Source: Candidatus Gottesmanbacteria bacterium
GTDB lineage: Bacteria; Patescibacteriota; Microgenomatia; UBA10105; UBA927
Direction: 5' to 3'
Assembly (NCBI GenBank): GCA_963714095.1
Contig: OY970230.1
Location: forward strand, 596,084 to 660,083
DNA: 64,000 nucleotides
In this document: positions 36,383 to 46,602 of the stretch, piece after piece
Numbering within the stretch: position 1 is the stretch's first letter
Layout: each line of letters starts with the position of its first letter
Notes under the pieces: model-generated
Databases searched by the model: none
The model's input: the letters and a program-made list of their open reading frames with translations, nothing else
What the model was told of the DNA's origin: nothing
Program-made: the position numbers and the translations under genes

Positions 36383-37492
36383 TTATTCTGCGGCCACCCG
36401 CACCGGCATGATTATGTGAAGATAGGAGTCGTCTTTTACGGGCCGGAAAACGCCTGAGTTTAACGACCCTGTCATTTCAAACAAAAGCTCCTCCCCGACA
36501 AACCCGTTTAAAAATTCCAACAAAAATCTCCCGTTGAAGGCGATGTCCCCGCCCTCACCGTCCACCCTTGCTTCCACTTCAACATGGTTTTCCCCGACCT
36601 GAGGAGTGTTGGCGGAGACGACCATTTTTTGGTTTTCGATATGAAGCCTCAGAATGTTTGCGTTGTCTCTGGCAAAAATGGACGCAGACTTCACCGCGTG
36701 AAGTAAGCTTGTTTTATCTACCAGCACGCGGGTATTATGCCGCGCGGGAATAATCTTCTCGATGTTGGGGTATTCCCCCGCAATCGGCCGTGTGTGAATT
36801 TCTGTTTCTCCGACCGTAAACACCAGCTGGCCCTCGTCTGTCTGTGCGATCTCAACAGAGCGCACCTCTTTTTCTTCCTGACTTACTTTGACGACCTCCG
36901 AAAGCGCGCGCGCTGGGATAACCAAATTTAGATCTCCAAGCTTTTCCAGTTTTATTTTTTTTATCGACAGTCTATACCCGTCTGTTGCGGCAAAAAGGGC
37001 CCCTCCTTCTTGTTTAGATATCTTTACCCCCGTCAGAAGCGGCCTCCCTTCGTCTGTCGCGGCGGCAAACAACACGCCAGTCAGAGCGTCAAGAAGCGAC
37101 GACTTATCCATCTCCATTCCCGATTTCTTTTTAATGGTAGAAAACGGAGGAAACTCCGATGCGTCGACGCCGGGGAGTGTTGCGTTTACTCCGTTGCACC
37201 GAACGTGAAGAGAGCCCTCTTTTGCGACCATCTGAATGGTCCCCTGAGGCAAGGACATAACAAGGTCGGTTAAGAGTCTCGATGAGACACAAATCCCTCC
37301 ATCTCTCTCTACTTTCGCCCCCGCCCACACAACCTCTGTCGTCTCCATGTTTGTTGCAACAACCCGCAGGCGTGATTCCCCCGCTGTCAATAGGACGTTT
37401 TGCATGATGGGCAATTGCGCTTTTTGAGACACAATTCTTCCTGTTCGTGTAAGCGCTTTTAAAAGGTTTTCTTGAAGTATCGAGATGTTCAT
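36383..37492 (-). CDS. dnaN: DNA polymerase III beta clamp
   Basis: ATNME, RPLLTGV, ATDGYRLS, GEYPN, IAFNGRFL, HIIMPVR. Confidence 0.97.
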   Translation of the reverse strand: MNISILQENLLKALTRTGRIVSQKAQLPIMQNVLLTAGESRLRVVATNMETTEVVWAGAKVERDGGICVSSRLLTDLVMSLPQGTIQMVAKEGSLHVRCNGVNATLPGVDASEFPPFSTIKKKSGMEMDKSSLLDALTGVLFAAATDEGRPLLTGVKISKQEGGALFAATDGYRLSIKKIKLEKLGDLNLVIPARALSEVVKVSQEEKEVRSVEIAQTDEGQLVFTVGETEIHTRPIAGEYPNIEKIIPARHNTRVLVDKTSLLHAVKSASIFARDNANILRLHIENQKMVVSANTPQVGENHVEVEARVDGEGGDIAFNGRFLLEFLNGFVGEELLFEMTGSLNSGVFRPVKDDSYLHIIMPVRVAAE

Positions 37493-37651
37493 TCTATATC
37501 CTCCAATAGTAGTAATAATAGAAAGCGGCGTGGAAAAGTGTATGCTTTTTCGGTGCGCCTGTCAACGAGCCAAAAGAATAAAAAGAAGATGGTGATGATT
37601 GTGGATAACAATGTGGATAATTAATTGAACGCGGTGGATAAGTGGAAAACT
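37493..37651. other. oriC: oriC unwinding region (dnaA-dnaN intergenic)
   Basis: TGTGGATAA at 37600 and 37612; near-boxes at 37529, 37633, 37641; DnaA-trio run TAGTAGTAATAATAG at 37507-37521. Confidence 0.85.
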
Positions 37652-39037
37652 TCATGTTGATTGAGCCCATAGTTTTTGTTTTATCCCCTCAACAGATTCT
37701 CTGAGGCGCACATTTGTGGACAGTTCGCGCGTAATTGTTTCAACTCCGTGCATAATTGTTGTGTGGTCGCGTCCGCCGAGCGCTCCGCCGATATCCTCAT
37801 GCGTAAGCCCAAGTTCCGTTCGGCACAAATACATAAATATCTGCCGGGGCCTGGCGATCGGGCGGTCGCGTTTTGCCCCCTTAAGAGCCGTTGTCTTAAG
37901 ACCGAAATATGCAGCCACAGAGTCTAAAACCTCCTGCGTGCTTACGCGTTTGGTGGTCACAGAGGGCTCCCTCACAACGCCATTCCCGTGGTTTTTTATG
38001 TTTAATAGAGAAGACACGAGATTCGCAGTCACTTCGGTGTGCCGTGTTGCCACTTCCGTGGTAAGCCTGCGTAAAAAACCCTCGATGGCGCGTGTGTCGG
38101 TGATATTCGCCGCAATAAGCTGGGCTGCTTCGGAGGGAACCGCAATGCCCATCGCCTCTGCCTTTATGTTTGCAATCGCAACCCGTAGTTCAAAGTCTGG
38201 AGCCGCCACATCAACCGTTAATCCCCCCTCAAACCGGCTTCTTAGTCGGTCTTCAAGCCGCGAGATTTCAGACGGCGGTCGGTCGCTCGTGAGGACGATC
38301 TGTCCCCCCTCGCGGTGAACCGCGTTAAACGTATGAAAAAATTCTTCCTGTGCCGTTTGTTTTCCGGCAATAAACTGGACATCATCAACAAGCAAAAGTT
38401 GCGCGCTTCTGTATTTTTGTTTAAACTGACGCGCAGATTTTGTCTGGATTGCCTCAACGATTTCATTTAAGAACTCTTCCCCCATACAGTAGACAATGCG
38501 CATCTGGGGGCGTCCAGCCAGAAGCGCATTGGCGATGGCGTGCATAAGATGCGTCTTCCCCACCCCCGTGCCGCCGTAAAAAAACAGCGGGTTATATGCC
38601 GTACCCGGATTTTTAGCAACAGCAGTGGCAGCAGCATAGGCCATTTGGTTCGTTGTGGAGACGGCAAAGCTTTCGAACGTGGCGTCTGGGCGGATATGGA
38701 GCCTGCGGGCAACAGATGAAATACTTACCTCATTGCGCTCAAGCGTTTGGGCGAAGAGCGGTCCGGCGGACGCGGGGTCAAGCGTCTCTTTTTTGGGGAT
38801 GATGACGAAAACCAGGCTTGTATTTTGTTTTGTTTGATGGTCAAGGACACTTTTGACGAGCGAATAATATCGGGTTTCTACGAGCGTGCGCATGAGCGGG
38901 TTAGTAAATCCGATTGTTGCAACCCCGTCAGAGAACGAGACGAGTGTCGAATGGGCGAAATGAGTCTGAAACGTCGCTTTGGAGACCGACAGTTCAAGCT
39001 CTGCTAAGACCGACTTCCAGACTCTGATAAGATCCAT
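37652..39037 (-). CDS. dnaA: Chromosomal replication initiator
   Basis: YNPLFFYGGTGVGKTHL, LLVDDVQF, QEEFFHTFN, RLRSRF, GGRDHTTIMHG. Confidence 0.98.
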   Translation of the reverse strand: MDLIRVWKSVLAELELSVSKATFQTHFAHSTLVSFSDGVATIGFTNPLMRTLVETRYYSLVKSVLDHQTKQNTSLVFVIIPKKETLDPASAGPLFAQTLERNEVSISSVARRLHIRPDATFESFAVSTTNQMAYAAATAVAKNPGTAYNPLFFYGGTGVGKTHLMHAIANALLAGRPQMRIVYCMGEEFLNEIVEAIQTKSARQFKQKYRSAQLLLVDDVQFIAGKQTAQEEFFHTFNAVHREGGQIVLTSDRPPSEISRLEDRLRSRFEGGLTVDVAAPDFELRVAIANIKAEAMGIAVPSEAAQLIAANITDTRAIEGFLRRLTTEVATRHTEVTANLVSSLLNIKNHGNGVVREPSVTTKRVSTQEVLDSVAAYFGLKTTALKGAKRDRPIARPRQIFMYLCRTELGLTHEDIGGALGGRDHTTIMHGVETITRELSTNVRLRESVEGIKQKLWAQST

Positions 39038-39057
39038 AGAATGTTATGCGGGCGGGG

Positions 39058-39104
39058 TGTGGATAACTTGTCCACATAGTAAAAAACCCCGGGGCGTTTG
39101 TCAA
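39058..39104 (-). promoter_or_regulatory. dnaA promoter overlapped by two DnaA boxes
   Basis: Minus-strand TTGACA(39104-39099)-17nt-TACTAT(39081-39076); boxes TGTGGATAA 39058-39066 and TTGTCCACA 39068-39076. Confidence 0.8.
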
Positions 39105-39147
39105 GGGAGACATTTTAAATAAAATATATGATATAGTTTGTGAAGCG

Positions 39148-40125
39148 ATGAAAATATTTTTAGTAATTCCAACAATACGAAGCCTTGATTTTTTGGTTGC
39201 GTGGTCGGATGCTTTTGCCGATTGTCACGTGCTCATTGTTGAGGACGGACCTAAAAAAACGATACGGGTTCCCCATGTCCCACAGAAAGAAATACTGCAT
39301 TATTGTTGGCAAGATATCCGCGACGATTTTGGCCGCAACGAGTGGATTTTCTCCCGTAAAAACGCCGGCATACGATCATATGGATTCTGGAAAGCGCATG
39401 AGTTTGGGGCGGACATTATTATCACTCTTGATGACGACTGTTATCCCATCGAAGAAGCATTTGTCCAAAAACACGTTGACAACCTATCGCGCAGCGCCCC
39501 TCACGGCTGGGTTACGACGTACCCGCATCCCGACTTCATTTATACAAGAGGAATCCCGTATGAGATTAGAGATGCATACCCGGCAATGATAAGCCATGGT
39601 TTATGGACCAACAAGATTGATTTAGACGGCAAAACGGAGACGAAACACCCATACCTTCATCTTCCTGTATATCCCCCGATTCTTCAGTTTATTCCTCAAC
39701 ATTCCTACTTCCCGATGTGTTCAATGAATTTGGCTTTCCGCAGGGAAGTTACACCCCTCATGTATTTCCCTCTTATGGGATCAGACCCCGAAGGAAAACT
39801 GTGGGGATATGACCGGTTTGACGATATCTGGGCAGGAATATTTGCTAAAAAAATTCTCGACCACCTCGGATGGTCCGCTGTCAACGGATCTCCGTTTGTT
39901 GAGCATAGGAAGGCCTCCGATCCCCGGAAAAATGTACAAAAAGAAAAGAGAGGAATAATTGTTAATGAGCGGTTATGGAAGATGGTCGACGAGGTAACGT
40001 TGACTAAAAAGACACCTGCAGGATGTTATATCGAGCTTGCGCGCACGGTTCATTTCCCTCAGGAGGCTTATTTTAAGCGCCTGAGCGAGGCGATGATATA
40101 TTGGGGAAACCTGTTTCATGAATAA
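39148..40125 (+). CDS. Reversibly glycosylated polypeptide / UDP-arabinopyranose mutase-like protein (RGP, GT75)
   Basis: VIPTIRSLDFL, TLDDDC, RGIPYEIR, SHGLW, FPMCSMNLAF, MYFPLMG, RFDDIWAG, DHLG, HRKAS, in the order found in plant RGP/UAM. Confidence 0.85.
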   Translation: MKIFLVIPTIRSLDFLVAWSDAFADCHVLIVEDGPKKTIRVPHVPQKEILHYCWQDIRDDFGRNEWIFSRKNAGIRSYGFWKAHEFGADIIITLDDDCYPIEEAFVQKHVDNLSRSAPHGWVTTYPHPDFIYTRGIPYEIRDAYPAMISHGLWTNKIDLDGKTETKHPYLHLPVYPPILQFIPQHSYFPMCSMNLAFRREVTPLMYFPLMGSDPEGKLWGYDRFDDIWAGIFAKKILDHLGWSAVNGSPFVEHRKASDPRKNVQKEKRGIIVNERLWKMVDEVTLTKKTPAGCYIELARTVHFPQEAYFKRLSEAMIYWGNLFHE

Positions 40126-42130
40126 GTTGAAGGTAATTATACGAGAACAAAGCGTTTTGCTTTTGTTTGGTTTTATCCTCACAATTTCATTGTTTTTGGG
40201 AGACGGGAAACAGCCGGCAATTGACGTGGCGTGGGCGTGTGAGATTTTGTTGCTGTATGCTATTTATTTTTTGCAAAACAGAAAACCCCTCGATCTTCCG
40301 CGCGGTCTTCATTTTGTGTGGATTTTGCTTCTGGGATATTGCGTTTCTCGTAGCATATTTTCTGACAGCGTCGGTTACTCAGTCTCGGCAGCGGTTCGTC
40401 TTTTTGATGCGTATCTTGTGTATAGACTGTTTTATTTGATTGCAGACAAACAACATACGCGGCATGTTAGCTTAGGAATCGTTATCATTGGGGTCGTTGG
40501 CTCGATAGCATCTTTCGGATGCCTATTATTTCCACGGTTCGTCTCCTGGCTTCCCCAAATGAATCTTTTATATGCTACCTACGGGCACAATGAATTGGCG
40601 GGCTTATTATTATTTTGCATTCCCATGGTTGTCGCAGGGAAAACACCTCTTCCCTCTTGGTGTAAAAAAGCAGTATTCGTTTTGTTTTTGCTCAGTTTTG
40701 TTTTTTCTTTCGCGCGGGGCGCATGGATTTTATTGGCGGCGTATCTTGCATTTCTCTTTTTTACAAAACGACTAACCGGAAAATTTTATTTATCAACATC
40801 AATTGTGTTTGTGGGGGCGGCAGCAGGTTTATTGGTTTTCATGTCTTTTCTTGCGTCTCCCCGTGTCCACGTGCCTTCAACACTGAAAAATGATTGGTTT
40901 TATAAACAAACTATAAAGCACACTGTTTATGAAAGCAGAATTCAATATTGGGTGCAGGCGTGGATGGCCATACGGGAACGCCCAATATTCGGCAGCGGCC
41001 CGGGAACATTTTATCTGCTGTCTAAACGATTTCAATCTAATCAGAATGGCTATTCGTGGTTCGCGCATAATTTTGTTTTGGAGCAGTTCGCGGAACTTGG
41101 GGTGGTGGGAATGCTTTTTTGGGGTGTTTTTTTTGCTGTACAATGGCGACGGTTGAGGCGTTCCCGCGACAGCGCTCTTCTTGCGGGAGTTATTCTAACA
41201 TTTTTATATAGTTTTTTTGAATATAACCTGAATTTTTTGGTTATTTGGCTGCTGTTTTGGTCGGCGATCGGGTGGATTACTGGTTCTGAATCAATAAAGA
41301 CGTCATCACCCCGACCTTCTTTACTTACCGCAGGAGGCTTAGTACTTCTTTTGGTATTTTCGCTCTTTTCTGTCGGGGAGATGATTGAAACGGTAGCCAA
41401 CAAGAGCGATGCAGCGTCGCTGTTTGCACCGTTTATTGCTGATGTAGCGGAAACGTCTCTTAATAAGCATGCTGAGACCGGAACACCCGAGCCACAACAG
41501 AACCTGTCACTTATAGTATTCTTTCACAAGAAAAATCCAGAGATATTGTATGATTTGGCACGCGCTTCTCCCGCCAGCTTTGCCCCCTCATTTTACGGAC
41601 AGGCCATTGTCTATGATCCTCAAAATACTCAATATATGAGTGGGTTTATTGAGTTCCTTTTGAAAGAAAACAACAGGGTGGCCGTAGGCGCTCTGATAGA
41701 GACGTTTGGGGAGCGCGTTTTGCCGGAGAAATCAAAACCCACAGCAAAGCAAATTCCGTTTACGTCTCCCGAAATGAACACACTCTATTCTTCTTCCCTA
41801 TTTAAAGATGTTGGGTCCGACGGGAACACGTTGGAGTATCTATCGAAGATTTATTATTTTTTAGGGCTGGCGGCCGTTAAGAAAGATCCCGTTTTGACAG
41901 AGCGACTGTGGAGTCTAGCCCGGGATTCTGCTCCGGATTGGGGGTACTTTTATGTGGAGCTCGCGAGTCTCTCTGATTCGTTGCATAATAATACTGAAGC
42001 AAAACTGATATTACGGGACTGTCAGACACATGTGTCTGCCGCAACTGAATGTAAAAATACACAATGGCCCTTACCTAAGCCCGGATCTCTTCAAGAGTTG
42101 GTTAAACTTATGCCGATAACACCACAATAG
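40118..42130 (+). CDS. O-antigen ligase/oligosaccharyltransferase-like (Wzy_C) protein with TPR-like tail
   Basis: Many TMs, SFARGAW, SRIQYW, RPIFGSGPGTF, AHNFVLEQFAELGVVG. Confidence 0.85.
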   Translation: MNKLKVIIREQSVLLLFGFILTISLFLGDGKQPAIDVAWACEILLLYAIYFLQNRKPLDLPRGLHFVWILLLGYCVSRSIFSDSVGYSVSAAVRLFDAYLVYRLFYLIADKQHTRHVSLGIVIIGVVGSIASFGCLLFPRFVSWLPQMNLLYATYGHNELAGLLLFCIPMVVAGKTPLPSWCKKAVFVLFLLSFVFSFARGAWILLAAYLAFLFFTKRLTGKFYLSTSIVFVGAAAGLLVFMSFLASPRVHVPSTLKNDWFYKQTIKHTVYESRIQYWVQAWMAIRERPIFGSGPGTFYLLSKRFQSNQNGYSWFAHNFVLEQFAELGVVGMLFWGVFFAVQWRRLRRSRDSALLAGVILTFLYSFFEYNLNFLVIWLLFWSAIGWITGSESIKTSSPRPSLLTAGGLVLLLVFSLFSVGEMIETVANKSDAASLFAPFIADVAETSLNKHAETGTPEPQQNLSLIVFFHKKNPEILYDLARASPASFAPSFYGQAIVYDPQNTQYMSGFIEFLLKENNRVAVGALIETFGERVLPEKSKPTAKQIPFTSPEMNTLYSSSLFKDVGSDGNTLEYLSKIYYFLGLAAVKKDPVLTERLWSLARDSAPDWGYFYVELASLSDSLHNNTEAKLILRDCQTHVSAATECKNTQWPLPKPGSLQELVKLMPITPQ

Positions 42131-42147
42131 CAAAAACCTTTTACATT

Positions 42148-43677
42148 ATGAAAAAAATCACCGGTTTATTTCATAGAATTTTACGTTACAAACACTTGGT
42201 TACAATTCTGCTGATTCTTGTGGTGCTGGCGGGAGGCTCGATACGTGTTTATCAGGCTATACATTATACAAATTTTTATGGTGATTCAGGGAGAGACTTG
42301 TTGGTTGCCAGACACATAGCGCTATACGGAGAGAAAATAATAGTTGGCCATTCGGCGTCCGGGTTTGGGTCGATTTTTTACTATCCGCCGTATTATTATT
42401 ATTTGCTTGCAGTTTTATATAGGATTGGCCCGTCAGTTGAGTTTTTCGCTATATTTTTTGCTTTATTAAATACCCTTTCTATTCTTCTTGTTTTTCTGAT
42501 CGGCAGAGAGCTTGTTGATCTGTGGGTAGGGCTGGTTTCGGCACTGTTTGTTTCTCTGTCCGCCGATTTAATTTTTAACGCAAATCCGATTCAGGCGGTT
42601 AACTTCGGATTGCCACTATTTTGGCTTTCATACTGGTTGTTTTTGAGAAGTCTTAAAAAGAGAAAAACACATCTGTTTGTTGTTTCTTTCGGTATTTTAT
42701 TGTTGGCTTCAACGATTACGTATTCATCGGTGATTTTTATTCCGTATTATCTACTATTCATGTTTTATACATACAAATATACAGTCAAAAAAATAGTGTT
42801 GACCCTGATTGCGGCGTCCGTGGCGGTTGCCGTGGCGTATTCTCCGTTGTTGTTCGCGTTGAATTTTCAGACGATTTTTGCCCACTTGTCCCCCCACAAT
42901 ATTCTAACGTTTTCTTATACTATGCCGGTTAGATTCGTCAATAATGCTGTCCCTATGGTTTCCGGGATTTTTCTAACAAGCGGCGTTTATACCGTGTTTG
43001 TATTACCCGTGTTTGTCTTTTTGTTGGTGGATGGTTCCAATATAAGAAAACGATTCGTCTATATCATAACACCGGCCATATATTTATTGTTTATTTCCTC
43101 AATAAAACTCGGGAACATAAAGTCATGGTGGCTTATGATAACCGAGCCATTTATTCTTATCGGTTTGGGATTCGGAATTGTATCTCTATGGCAAGCAAAA
43201 TACCGCCTTTTTTCGGTCATTTTCGTTCTTATATTAGCCCAATGTTTATTCCAAGGATATGATAATGCTGTACATTGGGGCAACTCCTCAACAGCAGCCA
43301 AAAAAACTGCGCGTGAAATACTCGCGACGAGCGAGGCCATTAAATTACAGGAGAATTACAAAAATAACAACTTTTTTCAGGTCATTGTTTCAACCACATG
43401 GCAAGACAATTGGCATACGACACCGGTATTATATTGGTTAGAGGTTTTAACGAATAAAAAGTATGTGAGATTAGTGAATTATGGTGAGAGCGTTGAGCAA
43501 ACAAATAATGACAACTATATTTTTTGGCTTTGTCTCGGGTATGGTAATGAAACTAGAAATAAGTTGTGTTTTAACAAATACATTAAAAATAAAAATCAAT
43601 ATTCTCTGGCTGATACAACGTTCACACAGGTGGCACCCGAGTATTTCGGGTATATTCTGAAAAAGAAAGATCGGTAA
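42148..43677 (+). CDS. GT-C fold (ArnT/PMT-like) glycosyltransferase
   Basis: TM1 then DSGRD acidic loop, YYPPYYYYL, about 11 TMs. Confidence 0.75.
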   Translation: MKKITGLFHRILRYKHLVTILLILVVLAGGSIRVYQAIHYTNFYGDSGRDLLVARHIALYGEKIIVGHSASGFGSIFYYPPYYYYLLAVLYRIGPSVEFFAIFFALLNTLSILLVFLIGRELVDLWVGLVSALFVSLSADLIFNANPIQAVNFGLPLFWLSYWLFLRSLKKRKTHLFVVSFGILLLASTITYSSVIFIPYYLLFMFYTYKYTVKKIVLTLIAASVAVAVAYSPLLFALNFQTIFAHLSPHNILTFSYTMPVRFVNNAVPMVSGIFLTSGVYTVFVLPVFVFLLVDGSNIRKRFVYIITPAIYLLFISSIKLGNIKSWWLMITEPFILIGLGFGIVSLWQAKYRLFSVIFVLILAQCLFQGYDNAVHWGNSSTAAKKTAREILATSEAIKLQENYKNNNFFQVIVSTTWQDNWHTTPVLYWLEVLTNKKYVRLVNYGESVEQTNNDNYIFWLCLGYGNETRNKLCFNKYIKNKNQYSLADTTFTQVAPEYFGYILKKKDR

Positions 43678-43735
43678 TCCATAGCTGGGTTTTTCGGACG
43701 GCGCATGGTACCACCGTGCTTAGATTCACGAACAT

Positions 43736-45238
43736 ATGGGTTATATCATGGGTTGGATTAGGAAACACAAAGTAATACTCTGGTCCTTGGTCGTGTTTGT
43801 GATTAGTCTAAGTCTTCGGTTTTATAACATCGAAAACAGAATGTGGTGGAGTAACGACACGGGAAGAGAAATTCTTGTCGGATATCATATTGCTCACTAT
43901 CATGAATTTCCTAAATTAGGCACTTCAGCGAGTGATTTAGCAACGTATTCGTATTACCCGCCGTATTATTACTATTTAATTGGGTTAGTTTCTTCTTTTG
44001 TTTCTTCCGCGCCTTCAGTCATTAAAACGTTTATTTTTTTTGAAAGTTTTCTTCCCGTAATTATTTTTTTTATTGGTTTGTTCATAAGCAATTTTTCAAG
44101 CGCTTTTTTTGCATCATTTTTTGTGGCCATAAGCGCTTATATGGTTTCGAGTACAAATTTGTGGCCGCCGTTTGTTGCTTTACTTTTCTTTTATTTTGGA
44201 CTGGCAATCTTGTTTTTTGGGAAAAAAAGGAGCTTTTTGTTTCGCGTAATAGGCCAAGCAGTTATGTTTTTTTCCGCCACGCTGCATTATTCATTTTTTA
44301 TCCCCTCCATCGTTTTGTTCTTTTGGAATTTATCACAAGAAAACACGAGAAAAGATAAATTTATATTTTTGGGGATCCAGACGGGTTATTTAATCCTGTT
44401 AGCCTCACCGCTCTGGACAAATCCAAGCGGTAGTAGGGTGTTTGAAGCGTTTGATCCTCGGCACGTATTCGATTTTTATCAGCCGACCTCTATTTTTATT
44501 GGAACACTACAAAATATTTGTAGTGATTTCTTCCAGAAAAATACTCTATATGAATTGCTTAGTGCAGGAATATGTATATTCCTATTAATCTTTTCTTTTA
44601 AGAACGTACTATCTTTCCTAAAAAGCAACTGGTGGATATGGTGCATCATTCTAAGCATGCCATTCATCGGCTCTCGTTTTGTCCAACATCCGGAGCCTTA
44701 TGAGTATATCGCTATAATGCCAGCAGCCTTACTGTTGGTGGCTTGTTCTCCTATACGAATTGAGAAGTTGACGCTGCAAAATATAGTGAGAGGAGCACTT
44801 CTCTGTTGTTTAGCTTTTAGTTTGTCAAACAATTTTTCAGAACTGTTCGTAAATAATTGGTATTCTTACGAACAAAACGAAAAACTTACTGACTATATTG
44901 TTGCCGAGGCAAAATCGCGGGGTCTAGAGAATAATTTTAGACTGTTCGTCAGTGATTTCATTGGATCCTTTAACTGGGCCAGCCCCAACTTTTGGTATTT
45001 TCTTGAAACAAAATATCATCATAAAATTACCTACGTTGTTGACTATGATATTAGCCTTGAGCAATTGATTGCTCCTGGGGCAGATACATACCTTGTCTGC
45101 CGCGGCACAAGTGATACAATTGCGACTTGCAAGCGTGATTTTCATAGTTCTTTTCCCGAATACACCAAAGAGTTGACCTTGAAATCAAATGTAGGGTATG
45201 TAATTTTTCTTTATTCAACGGCACAGCCCCTTCATTAG
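43736..45238 (+). CDS. GT-C fold (ArnT/PMT-like) glycosyltransferase, paralog of 42148-43677
   Basis: DTGRE loop, YYPPYYYYL, similar C-terminal soluble domain. Confidence 0.75.
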   Translation: MGYIMGWIRKHKVILWSLVVFVISLSLRFYNIENRMWWSNDTGREILVGYHIAHYHEFPKLGTSASDLATYSYYPPYYYYLIGLVSSFVSSAPSVIKTFIFFESFLPVIIFFIGLFISNFSSAFFASFFVAISAYMVSSTNLWPPFVALLFFYFGLAILFFGKKRSFLFRVIGQAVMFFSATLHYSFFIPSIVLFFWNLSQENTRKDKFIFLGIQTGYLILLASPLWTNPSGSRVFEAFDPRHVFDFYQPTSIFIGTLQNICSDFFQKNTLYELLSAGICIFLLIFSFKNVLSFLKSNWWIWCIILSMPFIGSRFVQHPEPYEYIAIMPAALLLVACSPIRIEKLTLQNIVRGALLCCLAFSLSNNFSELFVNNWYSYEQNEKLTDYIVAEAKSRGLENNFRLFVSDFIGSFNWASPNFWYFLETKYHHKITYVVDYDISLEQLIAPGADTYLVCRGTSDTIATCKRDFHSSFPEYTKELTLKSNVGYVIFLYSTAQPLH

Positions 45239-45275
45239 CGGATCGATTTATAGTCGATTAGAGATTTTATAAAGT

Positions 45276-46157
45276 ATGGACAATATCTCAATAATCATAA
45301 TAACGAAAAATAGGGCAAATTTTTTAGAGAATTGCCTTGGTTCGTTAAACGGGCAATTAGAGAAGAGAGATGAGGTTTTCGTTATCCTGGATTCAAAAAC
45401 CAAAGACGGGTCGGAAGAAATTCTCCAGCGCTATAAAAAGATAATGCCACTTGTTTATTATAAATCGGATATTCGTGGCTACCCTCAGAATTTTAATTTA
45501 GGGATAAACAAGAGTAGAAAAGACACGCTTGTGTTTATCAATGATGACTGCATCGTTAAACACAACTTTGTACAAAGAATTAAAGTGGAACACCACAGGC
45601 ATCCGCATGCTGTTGTTCAGGGAATGACGTATAGTTTGCCAAAAAATAATATTTACGCCGAAATCACCGGTGATAATTACAGAAACTGGATAGCCATTAA
45701 CCATAAAGACGCGCTGTCAAATTTAATGAGTACAATAGATAATAAAAACGTTTCCATTTCCCGAGGGGTATTTCGTCGGGTCGGTTACTACGATGAGGCA
45801 TTTACGAGGGGGTCGGAAGATATCGAGTTTGGCTTTCGTCTCGCGCAATTAGGAATTCCGATCATATTTGATCCGTCTATTGTTGTATATCATTACGAGC
45901 GGTCGACTTTTTTTGGCTTCGTAAATCAACATATACGCTTTGCATTATCAGAGTCGATAGTTGACCGGACGTTACCGCCGGAAAGCAGGATCCGCGCAAT
46001 TAATTGGCATAAAACCGTTTTACATATGAAAAGCGCGATAAAGCGAGAATTGTTGTATGCGCAACAATTTCGGATAAAAGACTTTCTTTTGCTCCCCTTT
46101 TTATATATGCTGCTATTCTGTATAAGAATGTATGGGTATTACATCAAATCAGCCTAA
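45276..46157 (+). CDS. Glycosyltransferase family 2
   Basis: ISIIIITKNR, FINDDC, GSEDIEFG. Confidence 0.88.
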   Translation: MDNISIIIITKNRANFLENCLGSLNGQLEKRDEVFVILDSKTKDGSEEILQRYKKIMPLVYYKSDIRGYPQNFNLGINKSRKDTLVFINDDCIVKHNFVQRIKVEHHRHPHAVVQGMTYSLPKNNIYAEITGDNYRNWIAINHKDALSNLMSTIDNKNVSISRGVFRRVGYYDEAFTRGSEDIEFGFRLAQLGIPIIFDPSIVVYHYERSTFFGFVNQHIRFALSESIVDRTLPPESRIRAINWHKTVLHMKSAIKRELLYAQQFRIKDFLLLPFLYMLLFCIRMYGYYIKSA

Positions 46158-46602
46158 AATTGCCATTATTTCTTCCCGCGGCGGACATCTATATCAGATG
46201 TATCGGTTAAAGCCATGGTGGAAGAAAATTAACCATTTTTGGGTAACATTTCCCGGCGAAGACGCGTCCTCCATGTTGAAAAAAGAGATGATCTATTATG
46301 GATATCAGCCAGAATCAAGAAATGTTGTGAACGCAATCCGTAATGTTTTTCTGGCCGTAAAAATTCTTCGAAAAGAAAAACCCACCGTGCTCATAAGTTG
46401 TGGCGCAGGCATTGCCCCACCATTTTTTTATATAGGAAAACTATTAGGCATAAAGCTTATTTTTATCGAGCCGTATGATTTTATCGCATATCCGAGTTTA
46501 AGCGGAAGGCTGATCGCTCCAATAGCAGATTATTTTCTCGTTCAGCATAAGACGCAGAAGCGCTTTTATAAGAATGCTATATATAAAGGAGCGCTTTTAT
46601 GA
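46132..46602 (+). CDS. PssD/Cps14F (Alg14-like) glycosyltransferase subunit
   Basis: SSRGGHL, FWVTF, EKPTVLISCGAG, IFIE, SLSGRL, FLVQ. Confidence 0.88.
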   Translation: MGITSNQPKIAIISSRGGHLYQMYRLKPWWKKINHFWVTFPGEDASSMLKKEMIYYGYQPESRNVVNAIRNVFLAVKILRKEKPTVLISCGAGIAPPFFYIGKLLGIKLIFIEPYDFIAYPSLSGRLIAPIADYFLVQHKTQKRFYKNAIYKGALL

